From: an uncultured Mollicutes bacterium | Lineage (GTDB): Bacteria; Bacillota_I; Bacilli_A; RFN20; CAG-826 | Length of the DNA stretch: 64,000 bases | Reading direction: 5' to 3' | Assembly (NCBI GenBank): GCA_900539595.1 | Contig: UQCQ01000001.1 | Coordinates: 251,284 to 315,283, forward strand | Shown: positions 57,022 to 64,000 of the stretch, piece after piece | Layout: every line of letters begins with the position of its first letter | Numbering within the stretch: the stretch's first letter is position 1 | The notes under the pieces: generated by a model | The model's database searches: none | Told to the model about the DNA's origin: nothing | Seen by the model: only the letters and a program-made list of their open reading frames with translations | Translations under genes and position numbers: made by a program

Positions 57022-59111
57022 GCCGCTTTTTCCCCTTCCTTCTCTTCTTTTTTATGTCGGTAATTCCAAGCAGTTGGAACCACATATAGGGCGACGCACC
57101 CCACCAAACCCACAAAAAACAAAGGAACGCCAACGCGATAAGAAGTTAAGCCCACCCATTTCAAAGAGGCCTGGTATGTTCCTTTCTTGAGGTTAAAGCT
57201 CACAAGGCCGTCCACATAGATGCCCTTCACTTGATAAGAAGAATCTCCGCTTAACACCATTTCATACCCTTCGTAATAGAATTGGGGCAATTGAACCAAA
57301 GCGGTATCCGAAGAGATGACCACATCGAAAGTAGCTTCCGGGCTATGAAGGGAAGTAATAGTCAAAGACCCCGATCCTTCTAGAAACGCCGGAGCTAGGT
57401 AATTTTCCATTCCCCACCGATAAGGGCTATTCCCGTAAATTTGTTTTCGAATCGTGGGATAAAGGGAGGTGGAATATTCGCTACGATAGTCGCTTTGACG
57501 GAAAACCATCGGGACATATTCGTTTTGGGAGCCTTGTTTTTTGGTGGATTGCACCAAGGATATGCTCGGTTCTGGTCCCCCATTTTGCCCCGAATAAGAA
57601 ACAAAACGCTTATCAATGGGACCCATGCAGGAAAGGAAGCTTAAAGCAAATAACATGGCTAAGCCCCCTTGGACGTATTTCTTTTGGGCAAAGGGACGAG
57701 TAGCCAAGGCCACGATTATCACGGCAAGGAACAAAGTCAGGCCCCAGAACCGCCACGCGAATTGGGCAGTATAGAATAGGGATGGCATGGAATACCAAAC
57801 ATCCCCGACAAACATCAAGATAAAACAGGCCACGAAGAGGACTAAGAGCCAATAAAAAGAAGGGTCTTTGGTCTCCTCTTCGATTTCTCGTCTTGCCATC
57901 TCTCGATCCCATTTTTCTTCTTTGGAGGTGCCAATTAAAAATAATGCGATGGAAAAAATAGGAGCAATCAAGAACATCTCCGCCCTTTTGGTTAGACAAA
58001 GGCAAAACAAGGAAACGCCCGCGGACAAATAAGCCCCCAAGAACGGGCGATTCTTTTTCCCTAAAAAACAAAGCAGGAAAACGCCCAAGGCTCCAAAGAA
58101 ACCAAAATTAACGTAATCCAACACCCAACTAAGCCAAGATTCACCGCTGATGTTGGGGAAGTGATATTGCTCTGGAACCAAGTGTTCAATCCAATCAGGA
58201 CGTAAAAATCCGCTGAATTGGTCGCTATAACCCGTCGACCACGCCAAATGTTCGGCATTGATCCACATGAGTTGATTATCGCTGATGTTATAAAGTCCCG
58301 AATTCTTGTAATGCATCATTGGGAAGAAATAGAAACTAATCAAACAAAAAACCAAAACTACGGAGCAAGCCGTTAAGATAATCGCCTGCTTGTTATGGAA
58401 TGCGGGAAGAAGCCCCCTGTAGTTCAAAAGCAAATAAATCAAAGCGGCGATGATAAAACTCATCGACGTAAAGGGGTGGCATAAAACCATGCATGAAACG
58501 CCAAAAACGCAGGATAAGAAAGACTGGGGGCGAAAATCCCCATGCCCCAGGTTATAAACACCCAAGAAAAGTAGCGGAGCGAAGCTTAAAGCAAAAGCCT
58601 CAGGGTAAGCCGCGCGATACAAAACACAATTGATGCGATAGGGAGAAAAAATAAGGCAAAGGGCAAGCATTAAGGCACACAAATCGTTCTTGCAGAGCTT
58701 CTTCCCCAGCCAATACATCCATATCCCCATGAGGTAGGTCATGGATACGGTTAGAATTTTCCAGCTCCAATTAATGGAAATGAAAGGAAAAATCACATGA
58801 AGGAGGGCCACCATTTCATGGCTTAATCCCCCGTAAAACAAATAAGTGCCAAGTCCTAAATTCCCCATCAAGGTATGGGAAGGGGTGATGCCAAAGAATC
58901 CGTTTTTCCACCCCTCAGCCAAATCCCAAGCCCAAATTCGATGCCAAAGGGAATCATCTCCCGAAGGAAAATCCATTCCGGAACGGAAATAAATCGCAAA
59001 AGGAATAAAACTAGCAAAAAGCAGTAATAAATAGGGAAATACACGCGAAAAGAAGGCTTCGAGAGTGGCTTCATTTCCTATCGATTTCAGTCGCTTCTTC
59101 CCTTGAATCAT
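57018..59111 (-). CDS. Large polytopic membrane protein, a GT-C-like putative glycosyltransferase (YfhO/PMT-like).
   Basis: 697 aa with more than 12 TM helices. The first extracytoplasmic loop carries a DD motif (FPSGDDSLWHR), as in GT-C enzymes. ATGA overlap with the recG stop. Confidence 0.4.
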   Translation of the reverse strand: MIQGKKRLKSIGNEATLEAFFSRVFPYLLLLFASFIPFAIYFRSGMDFPSGDDSLWHRIWAWDLAEGWKNGFFGITPSHTLMGNLGLGTYLFYGGLSHEMVALLHVIFPFISINWSWKILTVSMTYLMGIWMYWLGKKLCKNDLCALMLALCLIFSPYRINCVLYRAAYPEAFALSFAPLLFLGVYNLGHGDFRPQSFLSCVFGVSCMVLCHPFTSMSFIIAALIYLLLNYRGLLPAFHNKQAIILTACSVVLVFCLISFYFFPMMHYKNSGLYNISDNQLMWINAEHLAWSTGYSDQFSGFLRPDWIEHLVPEQYHFPNISGESWLSWVLDYVNFGFFGALGVFLLCFLGKKNRPFLGAYLSAGVSLFCLCLTKRAEMFLIAPIFSIALFLIGTSKEEKWDREMARREIEEETKDPSFYWLLVLFVACFILMFVGDVWYSMPSLFYTAQFAWRFWGLTLFLAVIIVALATRPFAQKKYVQGGLAMLFALSFLSCMGPIDKRFVSYSGQNGGPEPSISLVQSTKKQGSQNEYVPMVFRQSDYRSEYSTSLYPTIRKQIYGNSPYRWGMENYLAPAFLEGSGSLTITSLHSPEATFDVVISSDTALVQLPQFYYEGYEMVLSGDSSYQVKGIYVDGLVSFNLKKGTYQASLKWVGLTSYRVGVPLFFVGLVGCVALYVVPTAWNYRHKKEEKEGEKAA

Positions 59112-59167
59112 CCTCTTATTTTAGGCTTGGACCCTATAAAAGAAAAGCGGGCTTAGCCCGCTTGAAG

Positions 59168-60889
59168 TTATTCAATTCCAACGAGGAAGGAATAGACTGG
59201 CTGATCACCGCGCTTCACGTCGATTTCTAAATCATCGCCGTATTTTTCACTGAGAACCTCTGCCACTTTGCTTTCTTCTTCGCTTGTGACGTCTTTGCCA
59301 ATGATAACCGTCACCATCGAGGCGTCATCGTCAACCAAGGAATCCACAAGATCCGTCAAAGCCGTCATTTTGTCTTTGACGCAGGAAACAATGTTTTTGT
59401 CTTGCATCGCCATGTAATAGTCTTTGGTGATGTGCACTCCATCGATGTCCGTATCTTTAATGGCGTAGGTGACCGAGCCGGACTTCACGGTTTTCAAAGC
59501 GCCTTTCATATCTTCTTGAATCGACGGCACTTCTCCTTCCGGATTGAAGTTCATCGCCGAAACAATGCCCTGAGGAATCGTTTTGGACGGGATGACCACC
59601 GCATTAATCCCGCTTCCTTGCATGATTTCGCAAGCTTGAGAGGCCGCTAGAACAATATTGGAGTTATTGGGAAGAATGAAGACGTTGGAAGCATGGGTTT
59701 GCTTGATGGCCCTCACGAAGTCTTCCGTGGAGGGGTTCATCGTTTGCCCACCGCTAACGATAACGTCAACGCCAAGTTCGCGGAAGATTTCATCTAATCC
59801 TTCTCCAGAAGAAACGGAAATCAATCCTAAATCCTTATCCACGCGGATTTCATCCTCTTCTTCCACCTTCTTTTGTTCGCGGGAACGAGCAATGTTGCCA
59901 GCCATATCGGTGGCCTCCGCTCCGTGTTGGATGTTGTTATGCTCTTCCGACATATTCTCAATGGTGATAGAGACGAATTCGCCGAATTGCTGCGCGTAAT
60001 TGAGCATGTTGCCCGGGGTCAAGGTGTGGACGTGAACTTTGATGATATCTTCATCGCGAACCGTGACGAGGGATTTACCGTGTTTTGCCAAGAAACCTTT
60101 GAAATTCTTTTCCAAGAAGGCTTTCTTTCCGTCAACGCCCGGTTTTCCTAAGCGGAGGATGAATTGGGTGCAATAGCCATATCCTTCTTCGTCTTCAGAT
60201 AATTTGGCGCCTGCATAAAGCGGTTCTTCCGTTGGAACGGCGCCGACATCTTCGTTGCGCTCGATGACCTTGCCACGATGGCAAGCCGCATATTCCATGC
60301 CTTCGAGAATGCGGACCAAGCCGGCTCCGCCGCTATCGACGACGCCAACTTCCTTAAGAACAGGAAGCAAATCCGGGGTGTGATCCAAAGAAATACGAGC
60401 TTGTTCCAAGAGATATTTCATTGCATCTTCAATGGAAGTAGAAGAAGAGACGAAACTACGAAGAGCGGCACTCGCTTCGCGAATAACGGTAAGAATGGTG
60501 CCTTCCACCGGCTTCATAACCGCTTTGTAAGCCACTTCTTTCGCGGAAACAAAGCAATCGGATAGTTGAACCGCATTGAGGGTTTCGTGTCCTTTTAAAG
60601 CCACGGAGAAGCCTTTGAAGATTTGGCTGGTGATGACGCCGCTATTTCCGCGGGCTCCCATCAACAAGCCACGGCTGAAACCGCTGCCTAGGGTATAAAG
60701 ATCGTCGTCATCGGGACGATTTTGGATTTCCTTCATGCCGCTGGTCACGGTGAGGTTCATATTCATGCCGGTATCGCCGTCTGGGACCGGGAAAACGTTT
60801 AATTGATTGATTTCGGGGTAGTGATTATAAAGATTATTGGCGCCCGAAATAAACATTTGCTTCAAGAGCGTCGCGTTGATGGTTTTCAT
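59168..60889 (-). CDS. yloV: DAK2 domain fusion protein YloV (DhaL-like plus a C-terminal domain).
   Basis: MKTINATLLKQMFISGANNLYNHYPEINQLNVFPVPDGDTGMNM is the DhaL/DAK2 signature. Conserved pairing with the Asp23 gene. Confidence 0.8.
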   Translation of the reverse strand: MKTINATLLKQMFISGANNLYNHYPEINQLNVFPVPDGDTGMNMNLTVTSGMKEIQNRPDDDDLYTLGSGFSRGLLMGARGNSGVITSQIFKGFSVALKGHETLNAVQLSDCFVSAKEVAYKAVMKPVEGTILTVIREASAALRSFVSSSTSIEDAMKYLLEQARISLDHTPDLLPVLKEVGVVDSGGAGLVRILEGMEYAACHRGKVIERNEDVGAVPTEEPLYAGAKLSEDEEGYGYCTQFILRLGKPGVDGKKAFLEKNFKGFLAKHGKSLVTVRDEDIIKVHVHTLTPGNMLNYAQQFGEFVSITIENMSEEHNNIQHGAEATDMAGNIARSREQKKVEEEDEIRVDKDLGLISVSSGEGLDEIFRELGVDVIVSGGQTMNPSTEDFVRAIKQTHASNVFILPNNSNIVLAASQACEIMQGSGINAVVIPSKTIPQGIVSAMNFNPEGEVPSIQEDMKGALKTVKSGSVTYAIKDTDIDGVHITKDYYMAMQDKNIVSCVKDKMTALTDLVDSLVDDDASMVTVIIGKDVTSEEESKVAEVLSEKYGDDLEIDVKRGDQPVYSFLVGIE

Positions 60890-61254
60890 TCTTCGGGGTT
60901 CTCCTTCACATCTTGAACGTAGACATTAACTGCAGCCAAAGGAATACCAAAGGTCTTTTGAAGCTCGTATTTCACGCGCTTTTGAACTTCGGAAAGCACT
61001 TCGGAGAGTTTCACCCCGTAAACGCCAAAGATATACACACTGATTTCGTATCCTTTTTTGGTTTTGCAGATGCCAACACCTTTGAACCATTCTTCTTCTT
61101 TCAAAAGCGTCGCAACATTATCGACGAGGCTTTTCGACTTCGGGGCCAAGCCAGCAACGCCATAGCAACTGCAAGCGGCGGCACCCGCGACAGAAGCGAT
61201 CGCATCCAAACCGATGTCGATGGCTCCGTACTGCGTTTTCTTACCAATGTTCAT
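60886..61254 (-). CDS. Asp23/Gls24 family envelope stress protein (YloU-like).
   Basis: MNIGKKTQYGAIDIGLDAIASVAGAAA... is the Asp23 fold signature. AGGAA 7 nt upstream. 4-nt overlap with yloV. Confidence 0.8.
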   Translation of the reverse strand: MNIGKKTQYGAIDIGLDAIASVAGAAACSCYGVAGLAPKSKSLVDNVATLLKEEEWFKGVGICKTKKGYEISVYIFGVYGVKLSEVLSEVQKRVKYELQKTFGIPLAAVNVYVQDVKENPEE

Positions 61255-61453
61255 CTTGTTATTCCTGTAAATAGCGTACAAAAGAAGCGGGCATAATACC
61301 CATCGATACTATTATAGTAGAGAGAAAAAAATAATAAAGGGAACATTCTCACCCCACCCCTAAAGGGGTGAAAACGATAGCATGGGTCGCCTCTTTTTAA
61401 AAAAATTAGACGATTCGCTTAAAAACCGCTAAAAAAGTAAGGATAAAATAATA

Positions 61454-61478
61454 GCAAAAAAGGGGCCGAAACGGCCCC
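61454..61478 (-). terminator. Rho-independent terminator of the rRNA operon.
   Basis: GGGGCCGTTTCGGCCCC plus TTTTTTGC on the minus strand, downstream of the 5S rRNA. Confidence 0.6.
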
Positions 61479-61488
61479 GAAAAGAAAA

Positions 61489-61601
<113 letters not shown>

Positions 61602-61719
61602 TTTCCCAGAGAGCCCCTGGTTCCCTGAAAACCGGATACCGAATCGGATCCTTCCGCAACTTGCTTGCAACTACTTGCGCCTGACTCATAGCTCGCTTAA
61701 GCGTTTCGAAAACGCTTGG

Positions 61720-64000
<2,281 letters not shown>

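Overview
This 64 kb window is a largely housekeeping chromosomal stretch from a low-GC Gram-positive-type bacterium. The evidence for that is PolC and a Firmicutes-like gene order: dprA-topA-trmFO-xerC, then rpsB-tsf-pyrH-frr-uppS-cdsA-dxr-rseP-polC, plus rpsP-KH-rimM-trmD, ylxM-ffh, ftsY, rnc-recG and yloU-yloV. Most genes are on the minus strand. The window also holds three singleton tRNA genes (Ala-GGC, Arg-CCT, Pro-CGG), a TPP riboswitch upstream of a ThiT-type thiamine transporter, and a 5S rRNA plus a partial 23S rRNA at the right end. The main accessory content is a surface-glycan cluster of about 8.5 kb (8956-17436) and a small islet between the tRNA genes. The cluster holds two GT4 glycosyltransferases, a Wzx flippase, a TupA-like ATP-grasp, a lipoprotein, a Wzy/O-antigen-ligase-like protein and a GT-D-like protein. 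The islet holds a PII/DarA-like protein, a lipoprotein, and an ECF sigma factor co-operonic with a membrane-anchored serpin. That sigma/serpin pair is the most unusual candidate system: a possible protease-sensing sigma/anti-sigma module. Other points of note are a TsaB-RimI fusion, a double-length ThiT, extended RpsB, TrpS and PolC, a short direct-repeat array in one promoter, and a duplicated 9-mer in a divergent promoter. I found no CRISPR array, transposase, integrase or recognisable defence system. All calls rest on reading the ORF translations and sequence motifs by eye; no database searches were run.
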